Shown piece by piece: positions 45,201 to 58,405 of a stretch of DNA of 64,000 bases. Position 1 is the first letter of the stretch. Each line of letters starts with the position of its first letter. The stretch covers positions 75,020,001-75,084,000 of the forward strand of contig NC_058385.1 in NCBI RefSeq assembly GCF_018350175.1, in the 5' to 3' direction. This DNA is from Felis catus (taxonomy: Eukaryota). The translations under genes were made by a program, and so were the position numbers. Below the pieces are notes generated by a model. It did no database searches, was not told where the DNA came from, and worked only from the letters and a program-made list of their open reading frames with translations.

Positions 45201-46120
45201 AGAGAGCTCGAGGGGGAAGGTGACTTAGCCTCTGATCTGAGGGTAGCGTGGGCCACGGCAGACTTGGTGTGGGCTTCCACATTCGATCGAAGGAATTAGA
45301 AGTCCCAGCTGCCTGATTTCTTGTGCACACACACCCTTGGGATTTGGGGTGGTGATTTCTTATCCATCAAGCGTGGGAGTTAAGGGAGGTGAGGCCTGCC
45401 AGCCACCGTAACTGGCACGTTTTTGTCTCCCCGTGCCCACTTGGCTCGCACCGCCAAGTCTTGGAACATTTTCCTCATTCTTGATTTTCACTTCTGGCCC
45501 CTCTCCCGTCTCTTGACCCCCTCCTCTCCTCTCCCATCACGTGCCTGATGACTTTTTCCCGGGTCTTATCTTCCTCCAGCAAAGAAGACCCACCCACCCA
45601 ACCAGCGCTGGGCCTGGCTCGTCTGCCCTCAGTGTTCTTTGAGGGCAAATCAGATGGCTTATCTGTCCCTGAGTCCTGTTTACTCATCCTCAGCCGTGAC
45701 AGCAAGGCCATCAACGATTATGTCTGCGCCCCGGCCCCCGGCAACAACTGTGTCACTCAAGGGTGGTCCTGGCTCTAGAGTTCCAAAGCAAGACGCAGCT
45801 CCTCCTTCCCGCCCCACCCCAGAGCACGGCGTGTGTGCTCAGTCAGGCCCAGACTGGGGTAACTGTATTCCCTCAATCTCTGCCTTGCGGCTAACCTTCC
45901 CGTACAATTATGAATGGGACTTGGAGAAAGGCAAGGGGGAGGTGACCACTGTCACCCTCAGCACACACTCGACACTTGCCTCCTTCACAGACACCTGCCT
46001 CTGCTTTGTCTCACTTCACCTGTGGATTCGCCTACAGCCCCGCCTCTGAACCCCTTTGGATTTGGTGTTGGTGCGCATTCACTCGGTCAGTCCCTCAGCA
46101 AACATTTATTAATCACCTAC

Positions 46121-46618
46121 TGTGTTTGTCTCCTGGGGCCTGCCCTGACAGAGGCGCACAAAATGAGTCACGTGAAGCAGCAGCAATTATAGTGTCACAG
46201 TTACGGAGGCTAGATGTCCAAAATCAAGGGGTGGCCGCACCATGCTCCCTCCGAAGGCTCGAGACAAGGATTCTTCCTTGCTTCTCCTTAGCTTCTGGTG
46301 GTTCTTGGTAATCCCTACAATCTTTGATTTGCAGGTGCCTCACACCAATATACCCCCATGTCTTTGTGTGGCTGTTACCCTACGTGTCTTTCTGTCTCTT
46401 CACACGGCCTTCTCCTTCCTCGATGCCTATGTCCAAATGGCCCACGGTTTAGAAAAGCATGAGTCATTGGGGTGAGGTCCACCCTACTCCAGTGTGACCT
46501 CGTTCCAATGTGATTCTATCTACCAAGGCCCTATTTCCAAACAAGGCCCATTCAATTTTACAGAGGAGGGGTTAGGCTATCAAGACATCTTTATGGGAAC
46601 ACAATTCAAGCCACGACA
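46121..46618 (-). mobile_element. MLT1C/D MaLR LTR
   Basis: cacagttacggaggctagatgtccaaaatcaagg, ccctatttccaaacaagg, acacaattcaagccacgaca; TG...CA ends. Confidence 0.88.
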
Positions 46619-47124
46619 TTTCGTATTTGCCAAGTCTTCTGTTAGGCACCAGCATGGGCCTGATGAGTCCACACCTTCAAGGTACATTCACGCCATGAGG
46701 GTCATCAAACTGACTCCTTGTTTCTGTCCAGTTAGAATCCCCAGGCTGAGCTGCCTGGATCTCAGACTCTCTCTCCTCTAGGGTTCAGTTTCCCAGGATT
46801 CTTTTAGTTTTATTTATTTATTTTTTTTTAGATTTCCACAATATCTGCGCCTAATCCCTAGGAAATAGGAAGGTTAGTGCAGCGGGGGTGTCCGTGTAAA
46901 CCTCTGCCAGGGCGAGGCTGAGATGCCGGCTCAGGGTTTAAGAAGAAGAAACGGGAAAAGGAACTGAAAAAGGGAACAAGAAAAATCACCCGTCTCGGGT
47001 TCTCTTAGGGAAAAAAAAAATTTTTCAGTCATTTTCAGGGGAATCCTTACTTCCAGCTCCACAACACCACCCAATTTTCCCTCCGGAAACTGGCAGTCAA
47101 CAGATTCCCAGAGAACTGGATTAC

Positions 47125-47350
47125 AGGAAGGGCTGCCTGGCAAACCTTTGCCGCGAAGGGCTCGGCAGTGAGTCCGTCCGGCTCTGGGCCGTCGGGTCCT
47201 CGTCACCCCCACAGCTACTCCACTCCGCCACTGTGGTGGGAGAACAGACACGGACTGTATGTGAAGGAATGGAGACATGGCTGTGTTCCAGTGAAGACTT
47301 ATTTTTATGGAAACAGGCGATGGGCTGGGTTGGAGAACCAGAAAGTGCCT
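47125..47350. mobile_element. MER58A-like hAT MITE
   Basis: ggcaaacctttgccgcgaagggc, catggctgtgttccagtgaagacttatttttatggaaacagg. Confidence 0.75.
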
Positions 47351-48204
47351 CGAGTGTAGCCAGGGGCAGGTGGCTGAACCGCATCTGCACAGCTGGCCGC
47401 AGCTGGCGAACGTCTCGCCGTGGGAATCTCCACTTCTCCAACTGCCCATCCCCCACATCCTGTAAGAAAGCCCTCTTTCCTACTGACCTGCGCTGGGTCT
47501 CCCCTTGCCCTCCTTGACAGATCCTGGGGCCACAGAGCACAACCCCAAACTCTGTCACACCCAGGAACCCTTTGACTACTTATATCCTTACCACCAAGTG
47601 AACCACTCTTAAGTTCTTACGATTATTCCTCGGCCAGCATGGTTTTAATCGTCTTCCCTTTTCAGGTTCCCCTTAGCTTGTGGGGTGTTGGCACAGAGTG
47701 TGAGCTGCTACCTCACAAAGTCACCTGCAGGGAGAGGTGCCTGGCCTCTGAGCCCCATGGGATCCTCACCTGGGGACAGGTGAAGGATGCTACCCACGGG
47801 GGCTTTCTGCCACGGGAAATGGAAGCGATTTGTCACAAAGGTGCCTGGCACTCTGATGGCCCTGGGTAAACAATTAGCATCTTATCCTGGGACACCAGAG
47901 GGAATGGTCAGAACATGCTGGACCCCCGAGATGGTGCAGAGAGCAGGGGAGTCCAGCCTGACATGTAGAAATGGCCCTCATAGTTATACAGACCCAGAGG
48001 AGTTAAAGCCAGGCAAGTGTGTGTGGGGGGGGTCCCTGCTGAGTCCACCTGCCGATACTTACCAGGGCACGTTTGGTGTGCATCAACAAGCCATGTAGAC
48101 GCACAACAAGCCAGCAGAGGCCAGAACAGAAAATCCTGGCATCAGGGAGCTTATCAACAAGGGGGTTGGTCTCCTGACCATCCTTGCTTCAAAGGAATAG
48201 AGCA

Positions 48205-48422
48205 GGGCGCCTGGGTGGCTCAGTCGGTTAAGCGTCCGACTTCGGCTCAGGTCACGATCTCGCAGTTTGTGAGTCCGAGCCCCGCGTCCGGCTCTGTGCT
48301 CACAGCTCGGAGCCTGGAGCCTGCTTCAGATTCTGTGTCTCCCCCTCTCTCTGCCCCTCCCCCACTCACGGTCTGTCTCTCTCTGTCTCTCAATAATAAA
48401 CATTAAAAAAAATTAAAAAAAA
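48205..48422 (+). mobile_element. Can-SINE
   Basis: Perfect 14-bp TSD aaaggaatagagca at 48191-48204 and 48423-48436. Confidence 0.96.
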
Positions 48423-49184
48423 AAAGGAATAGAGCAAAATCTCAACCTTGTGCTTCTCTCTGGGATGCCCTAAGCTTTCTTGTGTCTCCTCAACTGTGCT
48501 AATTCTGTTCTTAATGAATTCCATGTGCAAAGTGTGCTTGATTCGAAGGGTCGGGGCTGGGTTGGGGTTGCACACAGCCTTGGGTATCTTGTTCTCCATG
48601 TCTCTGTGTCTCTGTGTCTCTGTCTCTCTTTTTCTTCCCATCCCCCTCTCCCACACAGATCTGAAAGGTATGAAACCATTTATTTTGTTTAAAAGGAAGT
48701 CAAAACTCTTCATTCCCCTCCCCTCTCGGTTAAAAAGGAGGCTTTGCACACTACCTGTCCAGATTCTATAGGAAGCCCAGGGACTGAACTCAGCCTCACG
48801 TGATATTTGTGATATTGGGACCACTGGAGAATAAATCCTTATTACTAGTAGGGATGGGGAAGCGGGCATGAAAGGCTCTATGAAGGAGGCGGTGAGGGCC
48901 CTGAGATTCCCAAGCAGAGGGAATAGTTTGTACAAAGACTCGAAATGAGCATCAGATTTGAACGTCTCTGACCTGAGGACCTTGCACGATTCAACAGTGT
49001 TCTCACGGGGTGCCTTTCATGGAAAGCGAAAACTACACTGGCTCCTGACTGGTCTCCTGATTAGCGCTCTGTGGACATACAGGCTGTGGGGTCTGACGTT
49101 TAATCTAGATCATCCTCACAATTCATGATATTTATTGAGAACCCACAACATGCCAGGCACTGTGGTAGGAAATGGAGGTATCCT

Positions 49185-49305
49185 CATATCAGCTTGGCTT
49201 CTCTGGAAGCAGATGCTAAGGCTGAGTTTGGGATCCAAGGTATTTATTTGGGACCAACACTTATGAAAGGAAGGGGAGGAAGAATTTGAATTAAGCGGCA
49301 AGCAG
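49185..49305 (-). mobile_element. LTR16-like fragment
   Basis: ctctggaagcagatgctaaggctgagtttggg...tttatttggga..aacac. Confidence 0.5.
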
Positions 49306-49309
49306 AATG

Positions 49310-49515
49310 AAGCCTCCATTCACCTCGGCACTATTAACATCCGGGGTCAGACAATTCTTTGTGGTGGGGGACAGTCCTGTGCATTCAGCCGCATCGCTGG
49401 CCATCACTCACCAGTTGCACCTCCTTAGGTTAGGACAACAAAAACTGTTTCCAGAAATTGCCACATGTCCGGGCAGGAACACTGTGAACAATCACCCTTG
49501 GTTCAGAGCCACCAG
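49310..49515. mobile_element. MER20 hAT MITE
   Basis: acctcggcactattaacatccggggtcagacaattctttgtggtgggg...gacaacaaaaactgtttccagaaattgccacatgtcc. Confidence 0.88.
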
Positions 49516-52479
49516 ATGCCGGGCTCTGGGGCAAGGAGCGTCCATTGGACTTGATCCAGCGTGGGCCGAAGCGCCCAGGCCTTCATAGTCTATCCCTCTC
49601 CACCACTGGGAAGGAGTGACTTGGGAACAGAGGTCTACCAGCCACACTCCTCACAGCCAAGCGGCACATCTGTCCTTCCGTAAAGGGCACACACGAGGCT
49701 CCTCTCCTGCCTACGGTCTAAGCTTGCACCCCTCAGCTCCACGCAGCAACTCCGGGGTCCCAGCTCACCCTTTGTCTCAAGGAGCCGTCTGGAAGAAGGA
49801 GGTTAGCAGGACCAGCCACAGCCCCTGCCATGGCAGTCGGCTACAGTCGATGCTCATCTCCCTCCCCCACTGTCTGTTCTAAGTTCCCCTCATCCTCAGC
49901 GACCACCCCACCCCAGGTGTGGGGTGCTCTGTAACCGGAGCTCTGCTCATTGGGGGGGATTTGTCTAGTTATCGTCCTTCAAGGCCACCCTTGGGTGGGA
50001 CTGCCGTCCGTGTTTGGCTTGTACCCACATAACAAGTGACTCTTCCACGCCGAGCTCGGACGTCGTTCCATCGCCTTCAGCAGGTCACACAGCACCCCTT
50101 GTGCAGACAGAGGCATGGGGGGGGCCTGGGGGCCCCCTGGTGTGACGGCCGCAGAGCCTCGATGGTCTGCACCCCCTACTGTGCCCTCCGGGGCTGCTCC
50201 GTCTGGGCTGCCTTACCCCCATCTCCTGAGACATGGCTGCATATCTCGTCCAGCCTTATGACTCAGTGGTTGCGACTGAACCCGGCTCGTGATGGGCGCT
50301 TCCGGCCCAACAGTCACGTCCTGGTCATCAGTCTGTCCCCACCAGGAACATGCAGCAGTTTTGAAAAGACATGTGATTCTCTACTGCAGCTGGCAAGGCC
50401 TTTGGCGAACAGCCAGCGTCCTGCCCAGGATCTGTCCCCTGGATCATGCCATGCGCCGCGTACGGCCCCTCTTCCTATCGCTGACACCCCAGCGGCACAG
50501 GGTCTGTTGAGTCATACGGCTCGTGAGGCCCAGCTCCCCCCACCAAAGCCTGGACCTGCCCCAGGCCCGCTCTGTGCCCTGTCCCCACTCGCATCGCCCG
50601 GTCTGTGGGATCCAAGCACCGCCCGACATGCCACTGGGGCGCCTACAAGACCCTGCAGAGGCCCACCAGATACAAGATGCCCACCTCGTGGGCGGTGCCC
50701 AGGCAGGCCGCTGGCCACACTCTGACCTGTTGACGCCATATGGTTTTGGTATTTTTCCCATTCGTCACTACAAGATCATACAAAAGGAGGTGCGCGAATC
50801 TGACTGGTGACCCTGGTGCCGAGGTGTTAAGAGCGCCCCAGGACCCATGAGAAGGTGCTGATGTCACAGGGGTGACTAAGCGCTCACGAGATGGCCCAAA
50901 ACAGCCCACAGAGGGCCCACACCTCCCACGTGGCTGCGTCTGCAGGCTCCCCTACCTGCCCCGATGATGCTCACTCCTTTTGTCAGAGGACAAGGGTTGC
51001 TATGGTGACAAAGAATGAACTCGGAGGGTCTGTGCAAACGGGGTAACTGGGAAGAAAAGATCTTAGCTCATGTACACGGTTTTCCAAATTATTCCTTTCA
51101 ACGTACCTGAAAAGTCACTTCCGTCACCCACGAAGACCGCAGAGGAGGCAATGAAAGCGGAAGATGAACACAGGACTGTGGGGTGACTCTGGTGAACCCT
51201 GGGGTCCCGGTCTAGGATTCTAGGTTGGGGGGCGGGGGTGGCGGGGAGAACTAATAGTAGCAAAGTCCCTTAAGGGTACACAGTCTTTGGAGAATTACCA
51301 AGTAGGTTAGCACCTGCTAAGCCCTTTATCCCCGCAGGGAAGCGTGTGTGCGAGGCTGGCCCGGAAGGTGCCACCACCCATCTCCGCACCTGGCACAGCG
51401 CGGAGCTGCGGGGAGTGGCCCCAGGCCATATGGTCAGTGGGAGGCAATCGCCGGGGCCATTCCCCGGGTCCTCAGACAAGGCGGTGCCCGTCTCAGCAGC
51501 AGGCCATCTTGCAAGCAGCTTAGAGCCAGAGCCGGGCCCAGAAGCCTGTCCACCTTGGCACCGTTCTCCCTGCACTGAGGAAGCAGTGAGGGTGGCTTGG
51601 TCGGCAGCATCCGGAGGCCATCAGCGGCAAATGAGGAGGAAGGAGCAAGCTGGCACCGGCCCCCTCTGGCTTCAGAGAGCCTGATCTGCTGTCGTCTCCA
51701 AGTAAAGCGGTGGGGGAGGCAATCTGTGTTACTAACTGCCAGGCCGGGGCGGGGGGGCTCAGGAGGGAGGCTGCTGGGGGGCGGGAAGCTCACCAGAGCA
51801 CTGAGGTGGCCCCTGCCTGGACTGAGAGGTGGGGACAGTCCAGCAGAGCTGCCCCCCCCCACGGGGCCATTGAGCCCCGCCCCTAGATGCCAGCCTGGCA
51901 AGGGTGGAAGAGGGAAGAGACGGCAGGTCCAGAAAATAGCACCAGCCCAGAGAGACGAGTGGCTGGGCCAAGGTCACACACCTTGTTGGGACACACGCTA
52001 AGTGGAAGGAGGGACCGATCGCCAGGTTCCCAGGCCAGGTCTCCCGCCTTTGCCACTCAGCCGTCACCACGGTCCCTTCTCCTTTCCAGCGCCGTGCTCC
52101 CCTTTGCCAGCAGTGTGCCAACCGTGGGCACCATACCAGCTTCCCCTGGCCCCTCCCCCACCGTCCCCCTCGGCTGGCCCTGGGCCCCGCACCCCGACTC
52201 TGGAAGGTTCACAACGCCCGCCCTGCTCGCGGCCATGCAGGCTGGTTGGTGCACACACGCATTTCTCACTCCTCTCCTGCTTCCCTAACCTGTGGGCGTC
52301 GAGTCCTGGCAGCTTGTGCTTGCGACATCCGAGTGGCCGTGGCTTTACTTCCCGTGTCCTCTGTCACCTCGGACCCCTGGCCTCCTCACCTGGCCGGCCT
52401 CCTTCCCACGTGTGCACCCCCGTGTCCACCGACAGATGCCGTTCGGTCATCCACGCGCCCATTCACGTAACCAGTCCTG

Positions 52480-53270
52480 GCCGAGGCCCTACTCTGTGCG
52501 GGGCGCTGTCCTGGGCTTCACAGATAAGGCTGTGAATAAAATGGAAAAACCCCGTCCTCGTGAAGCTGGCATTCCACGGGTGTGGGTCCAGACAATCAGC
52601 AAGCAAACAGATACAGTGTGACTTGACGATCAACATGTTATACACGTGCACACGTATTTGCACACATATGTGCACAGAAGACAGAAGGTAGGGAGGGCCT
52701 GGAATAAAAGGTTGACATTTTAAGCATTTTGGGCCAAGAAAAACCTTAGGAAAGGGGCATTTGAGCAGACATGTAAGGAGGCCAGGCAGGGACCCACGCA
52801 ATGCCTGAGGAGTACATTCAAAGCAGAACAAAGAGATAGTGCAAAGACCCTGTGGCAGGAATTGCTTGGTGGGACCAGGGCACACAGGAGGCCAGTGGGG
52901 CTGGTGTGAGAGGGGTCCACGTGGAGACCGCGGAGAGCAGGTCACGGTGGGGGAACTGAGACCCAGTTCTGGAGGCTGGTGCAGGACATGGGAAGGAACG
53001 TGGTTCTTCCCCTGAGTGAGGGGGCAAGCGTCAGGGGGTTTGGGGGTCAGGTCTGGTGAGTCAGGCTCTGAAAGGACCCCTGTGGCTGTCGCCTGCAGCC
53101 CCGAGGGAGGAGGAGAGATACGGCACTGCAGCCATGCCGCCGGAGGACACAGGGGGCAGGGGGTGGGGTGGTGGGGCACGGTCAGGGTCAGGTGGGCTAC
53201 GGGAGTGATGCTGGGAAGACTCTGGCACTTTGGAGAATCAAGATGGACAGTAAGTTCTGGGGGGTTTGAC
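52480..53270 (-). mobile_element. L2 3' region
   Basis: cctactctgtgcggggcgctgtcctggg, catttgagcagac, agtgcaaagaccctgtggcagga. Confidence 0.8.
53152..53176 (+). other. G-quadruplex motif
   Basis: G5-CA-G5-T-G4-TGGT-G4. Confidence 0.6.
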
Positions 53271-53784
53271 ACCATCCCAATGGCTCTTACTCACAAAGCG
53301 TGCGCGAAGCGTGCGCGGCTTCAGAACAGGTTCATCGTATAGTCTTTCGTGGCATCTTGTCCTTACGACAGTCCTGTGAAGGACGTGTGAGGGCGCACAC
53401 GTTCCTAAACATAGCAGGACACCTTTCAGGAGCGGGGCGTTTGCATCTCAGGGAGGGCACTTGCCTCCGCGTCACCACTTTACCTTCCACCTTCCTGATT
53501 GCGGCATCGCGGAAGTTTATTTTTCTCTCTTGTAACAGCGCCCAGCTCAACGCTCCCGGGCAATCTCTGGTCCTCAAGAGCGGGTGTCCACCCCTGTGTT
53601 AAAAACGGTTGCCCCACTTTTACCTGGAGGGAGAGAGAGAAGTGCGGGACACGTCCCTTTCCTTGGGGGGGACACAACCTCGGGAGGGCACACAGCACCT
53701 CTGGGCCAGCAATGATCTCACGTCCTCTCCTGGCTGTCATGTTGGAAGCTGCTGTTCCTAACCACACCTGGAGCAGGCTACTTC

Positions 53785-53996
53785 TTTTATTTTTTTTTAA
53801 GGTTTATTTTTATTTTGAGAGAGAGATAGAAACCAACAGGGGAGGGGCAGAGAGAGAGGGAGAGACAGAATGCCAAACGGGCTCCTTGCTGTTAGCACAG
53901 AGCCCAATGCGGGGCTCAGACCCCAGAGCTGTGAGATGGTGACCTGAGCTGACATCACAGTCAGAAACTTGACTGAGTGAGCCACCTGGGTGCCCC
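53785..53996 (-). mobile_element. Older Can-SINE
   Basis: Diverged reverse-complement SINE. Confidence 0.88.
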
Positions 53997-54111
53997 TAAT
54001 TCTAAAAGAAGAGGGGAATGGACGTAGGGGGTCAGTTAGCGGCCTAGAGCACCCTCTCCCCAACTCGCATTGAATTTAGAACATGACTTCGGCAAGATGA
54101 CAGAGCCCCGC

Positions 54112-54179
54112 CGATCTGTTGACGATCTGTTGACGTCTTGAAGGTAATACTTTCGTCGACGTCTTGAAGGTAATACTTT
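54112..54179. repeat. Overlapping 11-bp and 26-bp-period tandem duplications
   Basis: cgatctgttga x2; gacgtcttgaaggtaatacttt x2. Confidence 0.95.
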
Positions 54180-54468
54180 GCTGATTTTTCTCCCCTGCAA
54201 AGGGTTGGCAAGAGGAAAGTTACATTCTATGACGTCCTAGAGAGCTTTCTGAAAGTCTTCCTTACCCAACATCTTCCTCTCCAAAATTTCAGCCTCAGTA
54301 CAGTTTATAAAGATCCTTTCGGGCTGTATTGATTTTCCCAGTTCCATCCAATCTAGTCACCAATTAGCAAGCTAAAGCCCAGTGTAAGACAATGGCTGCT
54401 AAGGGATTCCGGCACAGCAGGTGGAGAAGAGGGGGGAAGGGATGAGCATTTGGAATGTACTGTTCCGG

Positions 54469-54490
54469 CGTGTGTGTGTGTGTGTGTGTG
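54469..54490. repeat. (GT)n microsatellite
   Basis: Direct reading. Confidence 0.9.
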
Positions 54491-56234
54491 TTGTAACATC
54501 TTGCTGGCCTTCTTACCTCTTGATAAAAGTTCCTCAAATCACCCAGTGCCCACGCGGTACAAGCTAAGGCTTCCTCATCCCGGCCCCAACCTGCAGACTT
54601 TCTTCTATGAGTTTTTTTTGTCAACTCGAAAAGGAGGATCATCATCCAAGAGGCTTCTGCCATTCAATCTCCCCTGGCTGCTTCCTCTCGGATCCACCCC
54701 TCCCCTGGCCCTCTCAGGAAAAATACACACATCAGCCTCTTCTGTTTTGTAGTCAGCTATAAACATGGAGGAAGAAACAGCTTCAAGGAGGCGGCAAAGC
54801 TGAGGCTTTGAAGGCTAAGAGTCCGCCAGACAGGTGGACGGATGACATTCCCGCATCTCAGAGCGGTGGCGGGGGGGGGGGGGAGGACCTCCGAGGTCTT
54901 CTCCCCCAAGTGATGCTCTAAATTTGATGCACAGAGATTTGGGCCCATTGAGCATGTTCTCCTTCTCCTTCCCTCCCGTAATAATCCCCACCAGAAGGGC
55001 TCAAAACCACTCGCTTTCTGTGCATTCTTGACACACCTTGGATCTCTGCCCAGGGAAAGCCGTGCCGCTGGCCGGTTGTGAACTGAGCGTGGCAGAGAGC
55101 AGGACACAGACCAGCCGGAGCACAGGCAGAGAGGCCACACTGAGAAACACTGCTCCCGCCTGAGGCCCTGCGCTGCAGACGGGAGCCCAAAGTGCCAGGA
55201 ACAGGAAGGCGTGAGTTGGATGGAGTGGGGTTGGAGTCACGGTTGGCTCAAGGGGGTGTTGGCCAGGGGTGGGGCCCCCGACCCCCACATCGGTGTGAGG
55301 AGGCAGTGGCATGGTAGCCGAGGGGACAGAGGGTCTGAGCCGGCTTTCTGCCTCTGTCACCTCACTCCACGTGTCCCTCCCCTGTTCCTCTGTCAGCCTG
55401 TGCCCTCCTCCTCTCTCTGCTCTTCCCATTGGCTTCTGGTATCTGTTCTTGTCTCCTCAAACAGCTGGCCCCTTCTCCCCATCAGGGCCAGTCAAGGCAG
55501 GACTGGCTGCGTAATTCACGGGGCCGGTGTAAAACGGAGACGCAGGGCCCCGGTTCAGGCAGTAATAAGTATTCCAAGATGGCTTCACCATGACATCGAG
55601 TGGAGCGCAGGACGTGTTTGAGGGCGGGGGGCCACCTGCTAGCTGGCAGGCCGACAAAGCTCCCCGGGTCTCGCCATAGTCATCTCTGTCTACCAGCACC
55701 AAGCATGCTGCCTGGCCCACGCCTGGGGCATCACAGATATATATTAAACCGAACGAAGCCTACGATTCCTCAATCGGGTCACATGTCTCTTACACGGTTA
55801 GTGCCTGGATTCCATTTCACAACAGGAGTGGAGGGCAGTGTCCGTCACCTGGCCCAAACCTGCTGTTCAGTCAATGGCAGCCGCCATCGGATAGAATAAA
55901 TAGTAGTGACCTCTTAGTGGTGCTCACGATGTGCCGGACATTTGTTGAAGCACTCTCCATAGATACTAGCCTCCCCCCCGTGTTGCGTGGCGGGTCCGCC
56001 CTCACGTCCACTGCACAAAACAGGACTCGTGTACACAGCCTGTAATTTATGGCACCGAGATTTAAATGCAGGCAGCCTGGGCCCAGGGTCTGTGCTCTCA
56101 ATGAGTTAGCGACTGCCTTCCTGACAACATAGCGTGAGCCAGGACCTCCAAAGTGGGTTTGGTACCTGCAGAGGCCCAAGCTGCCTTTCTTTCTTTACTA
56201 ATGATACTACTTATTTTAAAATGCATTTAAATTA

Positions 56235-57110
56235 ATTTCTCAAATGGTGGTAAAAGACACACGGCATAAATTTTACCATCTTAACCCATTTCTTTATTTA
56301 AAATTTTTTTTAATGTTTTATTTATTTTTGAGACAGAGACAGACAGAGCATGAGCAGGGGAGGGGCAGAGAGAGAGGGAGACACAGAATCCGAAGCAGGC
56401 TCCAGGCTCCGAGCTGTCAGCCCAGAGCCTGATGCGGGGCTCTAACTCACAGACCGCGAGACCGTGACCTGAGCCAAAGTCGGACGCTTAACCGACTGAG
56501 CCACCCAGGCGCCCCCCTCTGAACCCATTTCAATAGCATTAAGTGTATTCACATTGTACCACCAATCTCCAGGAAGCTTTGCGTTGTCCAAAACTGCAAC
56601 TCTGGACCCATTAAATACAGCCTCATTTCTCCCTTCCCGCATCCTCTTGCAAACACCAGTCTACTTTGTCCTTCTATGAATGTGACTCCTCTAAGCACCT
56701 CATCGAAGTGGAAGCAAACAGCATTTGTCTTTCGGTGACTGGCCGATTTCATTTAGCAAAATGTCCTCAGGGATCACCCACGGTGTAGCAGGCATCAGAA
56801 TCTCCTTCCTTTTCAAGGCTGAATGATACTCTGGCGGATAAAAATGCCACGTTCTGTTTACCCGTTCATCTGCTGCCTACTTGGGTAATGTCCGCCTCTC
56901 GGCTCTTGTCCATAATGCTGCTGCGGCATCCACGTGTCAGTTCAATCCCCTGCCTCAATTTCCCAGAAGTGGAAATGCTGGATCATACGGTGAGTCTGGT
57001 AGATCTTTGCGTGTCGAGCCATCCCTGCATTCCAGGGATAAATCTCACTCGCTCCTGGTGCAAAATCCTTTTAATCGGCTGCTGCTATTAATACTACTGG
57101 CAATTTATGA
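56235..57110 (-). mobile_element. L1MB-like 3' end joined to a short ORF2 fragment
   Basis: 3' UTR text to cccagaagtggaaatgctggatcatacggt, then a jump to ccatccctgcattccagggataaatctcact (RT region). Confidence 0.82.
56292..56517 (-). mobile_element. Can-SINE
   Basis: TSD tct(t/g)aacccattt at 56279-56291 and 56518-56530. Confidence 0.96.
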
Positions 57111-57144
57111 ATATTATTTCTCCTACTCGTAGTAACATTATTAC

Positions 57145-57343
57145 TCTTTTTTTAAAAAAAATTTATTTATTTTTGAGAGAGCACAAATGGGGGAGGAACG
57201 GAGAGAAGGGGACAGAGGACCTGAAGCCGACTCCACTCTGCTGACAGCAGCAGAGCCCGGCGCGGGGCTCGAACTCACACACCGCGAGATCATGACCTGA
57301 GCCGAAGTCAGATGCTCAGCCAACTGAGCCACTCAGCTGCCCC
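57145..57343 (-). mobile_element. Older Can-SINE
   Basis: Reverse-complement SINE; cattatt on both flanks. Confidence 0.9.
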
Positions 57344-57406
57344 AAATCATTATTTTTAATACCTTATGCTACATATATGGTACCTCATAGCAGCTGATAA
57401 CTGTAC

Positions 57407-57780
57407 TGTTGGAAAGCAGACTTGATCCTCCCGGTTATAAAGAAGAGACAGCAGTATTAGCCATTTGATAGGTTAGAAAACTGTGGGACAAGAGAGGAAA
57501 AGTCACTTTCCCAGGGTCAAGAGCTGCCATATGCAGACGGTTACTGACCAAGCCCCTTCCTTATGGCCCTGAGAGAGCTGAGCAGGAGCTGTTGAGTATA
57601 TGGCCTGTGAGGACAGACTTCAGCAGGTGAAATTAAAGCTGTGTGATTGTCAGAACCACCTAGAACCACGTAGGGAGACAAGAGACCACACTAGACAGCG
57701 TGGCCTCCACTCTAGGGGTCTCCCTGCGAAGCTGAGGAAGTCTCTGCCGGAGGAAATGCTGTAAGGGAGACAGTTCAAAC
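57407..57780. mobile_element. Possible LTR remnant
   Basis: TG start, TATAT and ATTAAA in LTR-like order; no family or TSD assigned. Confidence 0.25.
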
Positions 57781-57793
57781 ATCAGATGGGTGT

Positions 57794-58045
57794 AAGACCA
57801 TGGGGGAAGGGGAGGGGAAAAATAGTTACAAACAGAGAGGGGGGGTGGCAAACCACAAGAGACTCTTAAATACAGAGAACAAACTGAGGGTTGATGGGGG
57901 GTGGGAGGAGAGGGGAAAGTGGGCGATGGGCATGGAGGAGGGCACCTGTTGGGATGAGCACTGGGTGTTGTATGGAAGCCAATTTGAGAATAAATTATAT
58001 TCAAAAAATAAAATAAATGAACCAAAGAATGAACTAAAAAAAACC
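57794..58045 (+). mobile_element. 5'-truncated felid L1 (3' UTR only)
   Basis: aaaccacaagagactcttaaatacagagaacaaactgagggttgatgggg; TSD catcaga(t/c)gggt(g/a)t at 57780-57793 and 58046-58059. Confidence 0.92.
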
Positions 58046-58405
58046 CATCAGACGGGTATCAGAAATGAACGTACATTACTTAAAAGCCGCTTTAGCTTCT
58101 ACGACTTGATTATTTGTGGGTCTTTTCAGCACTAAGCACTAAAGATAAACAAAATTTTGGAATTACCACCGTGTTCGGAAGCTCCGCCTGTATTCTGAAG
58201 GAGTGTTATTTACGAGAAATACGTAGAATCTAAAGACAATGCTTCCACTCTGGATATTTCTAAGGACAGCAGCTTTGTCTTACACGTTTATCTCTTACAA
58301 GCACAGGATGTGGTCTGCGAATAAATATTTGTTGGATGAAAGAAAGATGGAGCAAATGCATGAATGCATGACATTCAATGGATTTTCCTACCTCCAAAGT
58401 AATTT

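Noticed and set aside
50036-52535. Several 100-229-aa ORFs in a GC-rich stretch
   Set aside because: ORFs in many frames on both strands, biased to Pro/Arg/Gly/Ala as expected from high GC; no homology recognised
52463-53275. Longest ORF (270 aa, minus strand)
   Set aside because: Coincides with a decayed L2 3' region read in sense; Pro/Leu/Cys-rich chance frame with no recognisable domain
54112-54179. Repeat-spacer-repeat as a CRISPR-like array
   Set aside because: Only two copies, a 4-bp spacer, mammalian context and no cas genes
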